Notes under the pieces: model-generated
What the model saw: the letters and a program-made list of their open reading frames with translations, nothing else
Database searches by the model: none
What the model was told of the DNA's origin: nothing
Source of the DNA: Thermoproteota archaeon
Lineage (GTDB): Archaea > Korarchaeota > Korarchaeia > Korarchaeales > Korarchaeaceae
DNA: 64,000 nt
Reading direction: 5' to 3'
NCBI GenBank assembly: GCA_027492205.1
Contig: JAOZFN010000007.1
Span: forward strand, 251,278 to 315,277
Part shown: positions 20,100 through 28,689 of the stretch, one piece after another
Layout: every line of letters begins with the position of its first letter
Position numbering within the stretch: position 1 is the first letter of the stretch
Position numbers and translations under genes: made by a program

Positions 20100-20979
20100 C
20101 TCCCTCGCCGCGCGCCTTGGCCTTGACGGCGCCCATCAGCGCCAGGCCTCCCACGGCAGCCAGCCCCAGCGCAATGGGCCCCCTGCTGACCGACGGGCGG
20201 TACCCCTCGGACGGCTCCGGGAACACTCCCTCCCTGACGGGATCGAAGCCCTTCGGGAAGATGTAGATGACGCCGAGCCCTCCGAACTCGTTGAGGCCGT
20301 AGATCCAGAGGTTCGGGTTCTCCGAGACGCGCCTTTGCGCCTCGGCGACCATCTCATCCCTGGTCCCGAACCTAAGGGCGTCGGCCGGGCAGACCTCGAC
20401 GCACGCCGGTATCTTGCCCTCCTGCACGAAGGCGTAGCAGCCGTCGCACTTCCTGCTGACGCCGTGAGGCGCCCAGTCCCCCCAGCTGGGCCCCTCGTTC
20501 TTCCTGGGCACGCCGTAGGGGCAGGCCTCAACGCAGTAGGCGCACCCAATGCACCTGCTCTGGTCTATGTAGACGAGGCCGTTCCACTTCCTGATGGCCT
20601 CCACGGGGCAGACCAGCTGGCACATGGCGTCGCCGCAGTGCATGCAGGAGTGCCTCACGAAGGGCGGAGTCTGGAGCTGACCCCCGGAGGGGGCTCTGGA
20701 TACGAAGACCCAGTTGACAGGGGACAGCTCCCTCTCCACCATCCCGCGGATCGGGAACCCGCGCCTCGTCTTGCAGGCCACGTGGCAGGCGTTGCACCCT
20801 ATGCAGGCGGCCGAGTCGTAGAGGATGGAGTACCTGACTCCCCCCTCTCCCGACGAGGTGGACCCTTTGACCTCCTTGGCCTTGAGGAGGGGGAGGGCCG
20901 CCGCTAGGGCGGCCGCGGCCTTGAGGAACGTCCTCCTGTTGGTGATCGGGGGACTCTCGCGCTCAGTCAAGTTCAACAC
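20092..20979 (-). CDS. HybA-like 4Fe-4S ferredoxin subunit (Tat signal, C-terminal TM)
   Basis: NRRTFLK; four 4Fe-4S Cys sets. Confidence 0.9.
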   Translation of the reverse strand: MLNLTERESPPITNRRTFLKAAAALAAALPLLKAKEVKGSTSSGEGGVRYSILYDSAACIGCNACHVACKTRRGFPIRGMVERELSPVNWVFVSRAPSGGQLQTPPFVRHSCMHCGDAMCQLVCPVEAIRKWNGLVYIDQSRCIGCAYCVEACPYGVPRKNEGPSWGDWAPHGVSRKCDGCYAFVQEGKIPACVEVCPADALRFGTRDEMVAEAQRRVSENPNLWIYGLNEFGGLGVIYIFPKGFDPVREGVFPEPSEGYRPSVSRGPIALGLAAVGGLALMGAVKAKARGEGGE

Positions 20980-21007
20980 ACCTCCCTGGTGTGGTGGACC
21001 CTCCCCC

Positions 21008-22798
21008 TCACCCGAGGGTGCACCCGATCGGGTTGTGGTCGACCTTCCTCAGCAGCCTCTTGCCCAAGTACAGGTGCACCGTGCAGGCGAGGCAGGGGTC
21101 GTAGCTCCTGACCACCCTCATCGGGTCGACTCCGACCCAGTTGTCGGGAGTGCCGTGGTCCTCAGTTACGGGCGTGTCCACTGCAGCCTCCTCCACGGGG
21201 CCATGGTCGCCGTCTGCGTCCATCGGGGAGATGTTCCAAGCGGTGGGCGTGATTATCTGGTACCTGTGTATCTTGCCGTTCTTGACCACTATCCAGTGTC
21301 CGAGGGCTCCCCTGGCGGCCTCGTTCATGCCCACTCCCATGGAGAACTCGGGCCTCTCGAACTCGGTCCAGACGCTGGTCTTGCCCTCGCCGAGGTACTT
21401 GATCATGTGGAGCACGTCGAGCAGGGCCGAGGCGGCGTAGTAGGCGTGGTTGTAAGCCCTGGCCTTGAGCCTCTCTATGGTGTTGATGTACGGCACGCCG
21501 CCGTAGCTCAGGTCGGGCACCCTCCACTCGAATTCCATAGCCTCCCAGAGGCTCGGCGGGAGCAGCTCGCTCTTGGTCTCAGGAAGGGAGATCGTGACCC
21601 GACCTCCGCCGGTGTGGATGGCGGAGTACGGGCTGTCGAAGTTGGTCAGGCCAGCCAGGGCTGAGACGTAGATCCTCGAGATGGGTCCTGCCTCGACGAC
21701 GTACTTCCTGCCGGACCTGTCGTACCACCTCGGAGCCGTGCCCCAGGAGTACTTGCCGTTCCAGTCCCTCTCTTGGGGCTTGGGTATCGTCTCCTTGTTC
21801 CACGGGTGCCTCGCGTCAAGCGGGTTGCCCTCGGGATCTTTGTCGAACTCCTGGGACCACTCCTCGTAGTAGCTGTGGGTTACGAACTGCCTGACGCCCA
21901 GGTTGATCTCCTTGAGGTCGTGGGTCACGAGCTCGCCGTGGTAGACCACGCCGGGCGGAAACATCTTCTTGTCGCCCCACTTGGACATGTTCTCGTACTT
22001 CCCGTCGTACTCTTCCGGGTCCTCGATGGTGCCGTAGGCTATCATGTTCGCGGGCCTGGCGCCGGCCCACTCGTAGCCGACCTCGTAGAGGAACCGGGCT
22101 ATGTCGTCCCAGACCCTGACGACCAGCTTGGAGAAGCCCGCGAGCGCCATGACCATGCTGAGGGCCTTGGTGGCCTCGTTGGCCGTCCAGGTCCTCGCCA
22201 CGCCGCCCGGGACGAACGTGTTGACGTGTGGGTGCTTGGCCCCCAGCAGGGAGGCGAGCTTCCTGGCGTGCCTCTCCATCTTCAGCGTGTACAGGTAGAT
22301 GTCGCCCTCGAACGGGTTGAGGGCGGCCATCAGCTCCGCCATGGTGCTCTTGCCGTGCACGTCCCGGTGCTCGCACGTGAAGTCCTTGGCGGCCTCCCAC
22401 CAGGCCCTGTTGAACTTGGACACTATCGCCGCGCTGTACTCGGGTCCGGCCAGCTGGAACAGGTGGATCGGGTGATCGTACAGGATCTCGGCGGCGTCGG
22501 TCAGGTTCCTCAGGACTATCGCGAGCGGGGGTGGGCTGGCTCCGAGGGCCATGTCCTCGGCCATCGCGGCGGCGTAGGCGTGGGGGACGGGGCAGACCCC
22601 GCAGATCCTCTGGTTGATGAATATGGCGTCCGGCGGGTCCCTGCCCTTCAGTATGATCTCGAACCCCCTGAACATGGTGGCGTAGCTGTGGGCCTCCACA
22701 ACCTTCCGGGAGTCGGAGTCCATCACCGCGTGGATGGCCATGTGGCCCTCAATCCTGGTGATCGGGTCCAGGATTACCTCGATCTTCCCCATGACCAC
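21008..22798 (-). CDS. Group 1 [NiFe]-hydrogenase large subunit
   Basis: DPITRIEGH, QRICGVC (L1), DPCLACTVH (L2) plus cleavable C-terminal tail. Confidence 0.96.
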   Translation of the reverse strand: MVMGKIEVILDPITRIEGHMAIHAVMDSDSRKVVEAHSYATMFRGFEIILKGRDPPDAIFINQRICGVCPVPHAYAAAMAEDMALGASPPPLAIVLRNLTDAAEILYDHPIHLFQLAGPEYSAAIVSKFNRAWWEAAKDFTCEHRDVHGKSTMAELMAALNPFEGDIYLYTLKMERHARKLASLLGAKHPHVNTFVPGGVARTWTANEATKALSMVMALAGFSKLVVRVWDDIARFLYEVGYEWAGARPANMIAYGTIEDPEEYDGKYENMSKWGDKKMFPPGVVYHGELVTHDLKEINLGVRQFVTHSYYEEWSQEFDKDPEGNPLDARHPWNKETIPKPQERDWNGKYSWGTAPRWYDRSGRKYVVEAGPISRIYVSALAGLTNFDSPYSAIHTGGGRVTISLPETKSELLPPSLWEAMEFEWRVPDLSYGGVPYINTIERLKARAYNHAYYAASALLDVLHMIKYLGEGKTSVWTEFERPEFSMGVGMNEAARGALGHWIVVKNGKIHRYQIITPTAWNISPMDADGDHGPVEEAAVDTPVTEDHGTPDNWVGVDPMRVVRSYDPCLACTVHLYLGKRLLRKVDHNPIGCTLG

Positions 22799-22805
22799 TC
22801 ACCCC

Positions 22806-24017
22806 TCACTCCGAGGTCTCGCCCTCCCCCGAGGAGCCCTTCTTGGTGGCGGCGTAGACGAGGCTCCCTGCGGCTATCGCCCCGACGACAGCTCCGGCCA
22901 CGGCGGCTCCCTTGGAGGCCGGGGCGGCCACGGGAGTGGGAGTCTCAGGAGGCAGCAGGAAGGTCGGCAACTCCTTCAGGAAGGGCGCCAGGGGCTCGTC
23001 CGGGAAGTCGGGCTCTGTGCATCCTATGCACGGGGATCCATACTCGGTGCACATGCCGACGCCCTCCACATAACCCGTCTTGTTGAGCGGGCAGTGGACT
23101 ATCGGCCCCTTGCAGCCTAGGGCGTACATGCAGAACGGGGCGCCGTACTCCTTGGAGAACTCTCCAAGGCCGAAGTACACTCCCCTGGAGCATGTCTCGT
23201 GGACGGTCTCTCCGTACAGGAAGGTTGGCCTGTTGAACTCGTCCAGCTCAGGCGGCGGGAGGAGGCCCTTCACCGTCAGGAGGAGGTGGGCTATGGTCTT
23301 CACCTGCCAGTCTCCCGCCGCGGGGCAGCCCGGGACGTTTATGACCGGCAAGCCCAGGGCGCTCTTCCAGTCCCTCCCCAAGACGTCGTAGACCCCCCTG
23401 GACCCGGTCGGGTTGGGGGTTCCCGCGGGGATGCCGCCGTAGGTCGCGCAGGTTCCTATGGCGACGACCGCGGCCGCCCTCTGGGCCAGCTTCTTCAGCC
23501 AGTCCTCGAAGTAGTACTCCTCTCCATCCTTCTCGCCGACCGTGCAGAAGAACCCTCCGGCAGCCTTGGCCTGATCCTCCGTGGGGACGGACCCCTCCAC
23601 TATGAGAACGAAGGGATCATACGCTCCCCGTGCGGCTTCCTCCAGTATCCGGTTGGCGTCCCACGCCTGAGCGGTGGGCCCCTCGGGGCCCTCGAGGTGG
23701 TCGACACCCCACTGGGCCATCAGGGTGGGGTGATAGTTGAGCTCGACCGGCGGGACCCCCTTGACCTGGCCTATCAGGACATCCACGATGCTGGGCTCCA
23801 CCGCATTGAGCAGGGCGACGCTATCTCCGCTGCACGTCTGGCCCTGGATCCAGATCACGTGTATTGGCTGTTCCTGGCCCTGCAGAATCCTCTCAACGAG
23901 TTTAGAAGCCTTTCTGACGGTCGCGTTAGCCTCAGCCGTCTTGGACATGGCCAAGATGGCGGCATACATCAAGGAGGTCGTCAGGAACTTCCTCCTGTTG
24001 AGTTCCAACGGGGTCAC
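22806..24017 (-). CDS. Group 1 [NiFe]-hydrogenase small subunit (Tat signal, C-terminal TM)
   Basis: NRRKFL; CSGD, GTCATYGG, PGCP, VHETC, CIGC. Confidence 0.95.
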   Translation of the reverse strand: MTPLELNRRKFLTTSLMYAAILAMSKTAEANATVRKASKLVERILQGQEQPIHVIWIQGQTCSGDSVALLNAVEPSIVDVLIGQVKGVPPVELNYHPTLMAQWGVDHLEGPEGPTAQAWDANRILEEAARGAYDPFVLIVEGSVPTEDQAKAAGGFFCTVGEKDGEEYYFEDWLKKLAQRAAAVVAIGTCATYGGIPAGTPNPTGSRGVYDVLGRDWKSALGLPVINVPGCPAAGDWQVKTIAHLLLTVKGLLPPPELDEFNRPTFLYGETVHETCSRGVYFGLGEFSKEYGAPFCMYALGCKGPIVHCPLNKTGYVEGVGMCTEYGSPCIGCTEPDFPDEPLAPFLKELPTFLLPPETPTPVAAPASKGAAVAGAVVGAIAAGSLVYAATKKGSSGEGETSE

Positions 24018-24037
24018 CTCCTATCTAGGGGTTAACA

Positions 24038-24098
24038 GTTGTCGACTTGACAACATATAAATTGGTCTGGTGTTACATTCATCCAAATTTGGTGTTAC
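24038..24098 (-). promoter_or_regulatory. Hydrogenase promoter: GTTGTC-N5-GACAAC palindrome, TATA box, GGTGTTAC-N14-GGTGTTAC repeat
   Basis: Palindrome 24038-24054; TTTATAT (minus strand) about 24055-24061; direct repeats 24069-24076 and 24091-24098. Confidence 0.7.
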
Positions 24099-24264
24099 CA
24101 AACCGTTTCTCGTATTGCGATTGTTCTACTAAAAAAGATTCTATCTAATCTATTGTAATTTTTATATTTGAAGGATCTTACAACTGTAAAAGGTTAGAGA
24201 AGGGCCCGCCCGGGACAGCCCACCAGATCTCCATCGATGTGTCAATGATTTGAACTCATTCGAG

Positions 24265-24759
24265 TCAGGAGTCCGCTCCCTCGGTGAGTTCCGCCACAAG
24301 CCGCTTTATCGACTCTATAGCCTTTGGAAGGGACTCTCGTGCAGTTTCAGACAAATCCAAGCTCAGCTCCACCCGGGCAGGGTGAACACCGACCAAGAAG
24401 ACCCTCTTGGGAAGGATCCCCAGCTCCTTGGCCATCGAAAGGACTGAGTCAAGGTCCGCCTCGTGGTAGCTTAGAGTCATCATGCTGGCCGCCTCGGCCT
24501 TATCGACGCCAGCCAGATCCTCGGGCGTGATCCTGAGGACCCTGACCTCTCCGGGCTCTCCGCCCAGGTCTAACGCGTCTATCACTATGAGGGCGTCGTA
24601 CTCAGGCAGATCGTGAAGGAGGCTCATGAGGGAGGTGCCGTAGTCGACGGCGTCTACCCCATCAGGCAGCCTCCCGTTGTTTAGTTCCTCGATGATCGCC
24701 GGTCCTATGCCGTCATCGCCCATGAGCCTGTCTCCCACGCCAGCGACGAGGATCTTCAT
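24265..24759 (-). CDS. Hydrogenase maturation endopeptidase (HybD/HyaD family)
   Basis: MKILVAGVGDRLMGDDGIG, IVIDA, SYH. Confidence 0.9.
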   Translation of the reverse strand: MKILVAGVGDRLMGDDGIGPAIIEELNNGRLPDGVDAVDYGTSLMSLLHDLPEYDALIVIDALDLGGEPGEVRVLRITPEDLAGVDKAEAASMMTLSYHEADLDSVLSMAKELGILPKRVFLVGVHPARVELSLDLSETARESLPKAIESIKRLVAELTEGADS

Positions 24760-24846
24760 GTCCTCCTGAACCCACCGAGTCCCGCTGAAAAGCTTGCCCC
24801 GCGCGACGGCGAGGTTATCAATTCCACCATCACCCACCAGGCCGCG

Positions 24847-26025
24847 ATGGCCGAGGATCGGGGAGATCTCGCAGAGCTCGTTCAGAAATTCAGGAAGAGA
24901 GATCTGGCCGACAGGATAGCCTCGGCGATATCCAAGGCCGCCGACGGCATCTCGGAGACGGTCAAGATCATGGACTTCTGCGGCACCCACGAATGGACGA
25001 TCACCCACTACGGCCTGAGGTCCCTCATGCCCCCGAACGTCGAGCTGGTCGCTGGCCCCGGCTGCCCGGTCTGCATAACCCCGGGCTACTACGTGGAGGC
25101 TGCGGTTAGGCTGGCAATGGACGGGGTGCGGGTCTTCACCTACGGAGACTCGTACCGGCTCCAGGGACCCCCGAGGACGGACCTCCCCAAGAGCCTCGAG
25201 GAGGCCAAGCTGCGGGGCGGGAAGGTGGAGGTGGTGTACAGCGTGCTGGACGCGGTCAGGATAGCCCGAGAGGATGGCGAGGAATCCGTGTTCCTGGCGG
25301 TCGGGTTCGAGACCACCGCGCCGGCGACTCTCGTGCCGATACGGTCCGGAGACGCTCCGGACAGCCTGAGGTTCATCAACGTGCACAGGCTGACCCCGCC
25401 GATAACGAGATACGTGCTCGAGACGCACCCCGAGGCTCCGATAAGGGGTATAATAGCGCCGGGGCACGTGTCCGCCATCACGGGGGCGAAGGCCTGGGCG
25501 TTCATACCGGAGGAGTACGGGATCCCCACCGTGGTCGCCGGCTTTGAGCCGATAGACGTCCTCTTAGCTATCTTAGAGATCTTGAGGCAGATCAAGAAGG
25601 GAGAGGCCAGTCTGGTCAACGAGTACTCGAGGGTGGTGAGCTGGGAGGGGAACCTCGAGGCCCAGAAGCTCATGGGGGAGACGTGTGACGTGGTGGACGC
25701 CGGCTGGAGGGGGATAGGGTTCGTCCCGGACAGCGGCCTGGCCTTCAAGGGCGAGTTTCGAAGGTACGACGCGCTTGAGGCCTACGGGATACCGGAGCTC
25801 ACGCCGGAGGCGTGGGAGAGGGACCTCCCCCCGGGCTGCAGGTGCGCCGAGGTCACCCTCGGCATGGCGAGGCCCACAGACTGCTCCATGTTCCTCAGGG
25901 CGTGCACCCCGGAGAGCCCCTACGGACCGTGCATGGTGTCATCTGAGGGGACCTGCGCCATATGGGCGAAGTTCGGCGGAGGGGGGCTTGCGGAAGAAGT
26001 TGGCAGGGAACTCGGGGTCATCTGA
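24847..26025 (+). CDS. hypD: Hydrogenase maturation protein HypD
   Basis: CGTH, GPGCPVC, GFETT, PGHVS, GPCMVSSEGTC. Confidence 0.96.
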   Translation: MAEDRGDLAELVQKFRKRDLADRIASAISKAADGISETVKIMDFCGTHEWTITHYGLRSLMPPNVELVAGPGCPVCITPGYYVEAAVRLAMDGVRVFTYGDSYRLQGPPRTDLPKSLEEAKLRGGKVEVVYSVLDAVRIAREDGEESVFLAVGFETTAPATLVPIRSGDAPDSLRFINVHRLTPPITRYVLETHPEAPIRGIIAPGHVSAITGAKAWAFIPEEYGIPTVVAGFEPIDVLLAILEILRQIKKGEASLVNEYSRVVSWEGNLEAQKLMGETCDVVDAGWRGIGFVPDSGLAFKGEFRRYDALEAYGIPELTPEAWERDLPPGCRCAEVTLGMARPTDCSMFLRACTPESPYGPCMVSSEGTCAIWAKFGGGGLAEEVGRELGVI

Positions 26026-26084
26026 TTGATCCCGGCGATCCAGGTTTGCGGGCCTAGTCCACCGCCCAGCGTTGGCGGGGGAAC

Positions 26085-26921
26085 TCAGCCGCGGTGAGGC
26101 CGTCCGCTGAGACGCCTGAGGAGTTCCTGGGTGAGTTCACCCAGCCTCACCGGCGCCCTACCGGGAGAGTGGGGGAACAGGGCCCTGAACACTCTAACGG
26201 CCGTGGGGGGCTCCACTCCAACGGATTCTAGCTCATCACCATCAGAGAGGACCTCTTCAGGCCGACCTGAGGAACGGATGCGTCCCTCCACCATCAGATA
26301 CACCCTGTCGGCGAACTCGGCCGCCAAGTCTGAACTCTGCGTGGCCACGACCACGATCTTCTTCCTCAGCCTGGCGTCTAGAAGGATCCCCTCCAGAGCC
26401 CGGCGGCCCTCTAGATCCAGAGAGGCCGTGGGTTCGTCCAAGAGGATTATCATAGGATCGTGAGCCAGCAGTCCGGCGAGGGCGACCCTGGCCGCCTGGC
26501 CGCTGCTCAGGCGGTGCGGAGACCGCCGAGCGAGGTGGGAGATCCCCAGGGCCGACAGGGCAGACTCAACCCGAGACCTCAGCTCCTCGCCCCTCAGGCC
26601 AAGCTGACTCGGGCCCAGCGCCACATCCTCCCAAACGGTGGGCGCCAGGAGCTGATCCCTCGGGTTCTGAAAGAGCACCCCACAGATCCTTCTGTACCCG
26701 TCTCGGAGGGCCGAAATGGGCCTGCCGCCGAGCAGGACCTCTCCAGATGTCGGCTCCAGCAGATCGGCTAGGACCATCAGCAGCGTGGTCTTGCCCGAGC
26801 CGTTGGGTCCCAGGACGGCCACGATCTCCCCCGGACCCGCCCTGATGGTCACGCCATCTAGAGCGGCGGTGCCGTCGGGGTAGCGGAAGGACACCTCCCG
26901 CGCCTCCAGCCAGGGGGTCAA
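26085..26921 (-). CDS. ECF Ni/Co transporter ATPase (CbiO/NikO)
   Basis: GPNGSGKTT, LFQNP, LSSGQ, LLDEPT. Confidence 0.88.
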   Translation of the reverse strand: MTPWLEAREVSFRYPDGTAALDGVTIRAGPGEIVAVLGPNGSGKTTLLMVLADLLEPTSGEVLLGGRPISALRDGYRRICGVLFQNPRDQLLAPTVWEDVALGPSQLGLRGEELRSRVESALSALGISHLARRSPHRLSSGQAARVALAGLLAHDPMIILLDEPTASLDLEGRRALEGILLDARLRKKIVVVATQSSDLAAEFADRVYLMVEGRIRSSGRPEEVLSDGDELESVGVEPPTAVRVFRALFPHSPGRAPVRLGELTQELLRRLSGRPHRG

Positions 26922-27673
26922 GTCGAAAACACCTCTATAAGGAGCGCAAACAGGCACCCGGCCGGGATCAGGATAAACGAAGCGGTCGACTGGCCATCTC
27001 CGCGACTCGCCGGTCGACCGGTCCAGATCCTAGACCTGACCACAGCTCTTAGGCTCAGCGCCCGAGGGGGGCCTCTGACGAACAGCTCCGACGCGGCGAG
27101 GGACAGCAGACCGTACTCACCCCTGAGGGTTGGGCGGGACAGAATCCTGGACCTCTTGGCGGCCACGAGGCTGCTCAGCTCACCGAGCGTGGATGAGATC
27201 TGCGCTATCAGCAGGGCAATCGCCTCGCAGAACTCGCTCGGCGCCCCAAGCTCCCTCATTCCCTGCAGGATCCTGGCAGACCCCGCGAGGGCCACGCAGG
27301 TCATGAGGAGGAGCACCCCCGCGGCGACCCTCAGGGACGCCGCCGCGGCCTCGTGAGCCGCGCCGCACCCCTCCACGACGACCTTGGGCGCCATGATCGC
27401 CAGCGTAAACGCCAGCCAGAAGGCTCCGGCCGAGAGGATCCTCCTGCCGCCCTTGAGCCCAAGAACCGCCATCGCCGCCGTCGACAGGGCGATTCCCGAT
27501 ATCGGCGGGAGGAGCGTGCGGCTGAATGAGACCGAACTCACGGCGGCGACCGTCCCGAGCGCGGCCACCCTCGGGTCGACCTCCAGCGCGCCCGGGGCCC
27601 CCTCCAGGGCCGCCGCCCACTCCCCGATCGCCGACGCGAGACCGCGGAGTGGGGAGTACAGCCTCGATCTCAC
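26918..27673 (-). CDS. ECF Ni/Co transporter T component (CbiQ/NikQ)
   Basis: DPR motif, TM helices, position in the MNQO operon. Confidence 0.75.
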   Translation of the reverse strand: MRSRLYSPLRGLASAIGEWAAALEGAPGALEVDPRVAALGTVAAVSSVSFSRTLLPPISGIALSTAAMAVLGLKGGRRILSAGAFWLAFTLAIMAPKVVVEGCGAAHEAAAASLRVAAGVLLLMTCVALAGSARILQGMRELGAPSEFCEAIALLIAQISSTLGELSSLVAAKRSRILSRPTLRGEYGLLSLAASELFVRGPPRALSLRAVVRSRIWTGRPASRGDGQSTASFILIPAGCLFALLIEVFST

Positions 27674-27942
27674 TTCTTACGACCCCTCAACGTCGCCGGG
27701 GCCAGCAGAACTGCCACGCCGGCGAAGCCCGCCACGATGTAGCCGATCGCGTCTGGGAGACCCGGAACCGTGTAGTCCGGCAGGATCCCTCCCCAGATCG
27801 GCTCTCCCTCGGTCAGGCCGACGGCCTCGGCGGCCACCTCGAGGGGCTCGCGATACCCTACCACCTCGGCCCCGATCACGCCGAAGAGTGGGCTCGCCAC
27901 GACTAGGAAGATTATGACGGTGAGGGCCTTCCTGCTGACCAC
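27670..27942 (-). CDS. ECF Ni/Co transporter N component (PDGLE-like, NikN)
   Basis: Two TM helices, EPLE...LPDYTVPG. Confidence 0.8.
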   Translation of the reverse strand: MVSRKALTVIIFLVVASPLFGVIGAEVVGYREPLEVAAEAVGLTEGEPIWGGILPDYTVPGLPDAIGYIVAGFAGVAVLLAPATLRGRKK

Positions 27943-27948
27943 GCCAGA

Positions 27949-28578
27949 TCACCCCCGGTAGAGGATCTCGGGAGACCTCCTCGCGAGGTACGAGATCACG
28001 GCGCCTGTGGCTACCCCCTCCACCAACCCCAGGGCGAAGTGCCAGGCGGTCATGATGGGGACAGTGACCGAGAGGGGGTATCCGAACTGGGGGGAGAGGC
28101 CCATCTCAACCCCGCACGCCGCGGCGGCCAGGGTTATGCCAACCCACCCCCCGAAGAAGGCCGCCAGGCCTCTCTTCTCCTCCCCCAAGAGCTTCAGGGC
28201 TGTCCTGTAGATCCAGTACCCTGCAAAGACGTCGACGACCGCCATGTTGAAGGCGTTTGCCCCCAGGGCGGTTATGCCGCCGTCGCCCATGAGGAGGCAC
28301 TGGACAACGAGGTTCAGGAACATGGCCAGGCAGCCGCCAAACGGGCCGAGGATGATGGCCGCGAGGGCCCCTCCCACGAGGTGCGCGCTGGTGCCCCCTG
28401 GGATCGGCCAGTTCAGCATCTGGGCCGCGAAGATGGCGGCGGCCGTTACCGACAGGGATGACACGTCTCCCCCTCCGTCAGAGAAGTACTTCCTGTGGCT
28501 AAACGCTATCACAGCCAGGGATATGGCGTAAAAGGCGAGAGAGGTTATGGGGTCCAGGAAGCCGTCGGGTATGTGCGT
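27949..28578 (-). CDS. ECF Ni/Co transporter S component NikM/CbiM
   Basis: HIPDGFL, QMLNWPIPGGTSAHLVGG, DGGITALGAN; the codon at the Met1 position is ACG (28578-28576). Confidence 0.88.
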   Translation of the reverse strand, partial: THIPDGFLDPITSLAFYAISLAVIAFSHRKYFSDGGGDVSSLSVTAAAIFAAQMLNWPIPGGTSAHLVGGALAAIILGPFGGCLAMFLNLVVQCLLMGDGGITALGANAFNMAVVDVFAGYWIYRTALKLLGEEKRGLAAFFGGWVGITLAAAACGVEMGLSPQFGYPLSVTVPIMTAWHFALGLVEGVATGAVISYLARRSPEILYRG

Positions 28579-28615
28579 TTTCCCGCCCCCGGGGGTCCAG
28601 TTCCAATTGCTAATA

Positions 28616-28645
28616 GGTGTTACTAATTCCACTTAACGGTGTTAC
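28616..28645. promoter_or_regulatory. GGTGTTAC-N14-GGTGTTAC repeat in the nikM/hypF divergent promoter (NikR-like operator)
   Basis: Copies at 28616-28623 and 28638-28645; same spacing as at 24069-24098. Confidence 0.72.
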
Positions 28646-28689
28646 TCACGGTGGGCGCCATTTTTTACCCCCCGACCGAGGATGAGGCG

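Noticed and set aside
11740-22798. Selenocysteine in Fdh or hydrogenase
   Set aside because: The active-site positions are Cys (RRCHS; DPCLAC) and there is no in-frame TGA.
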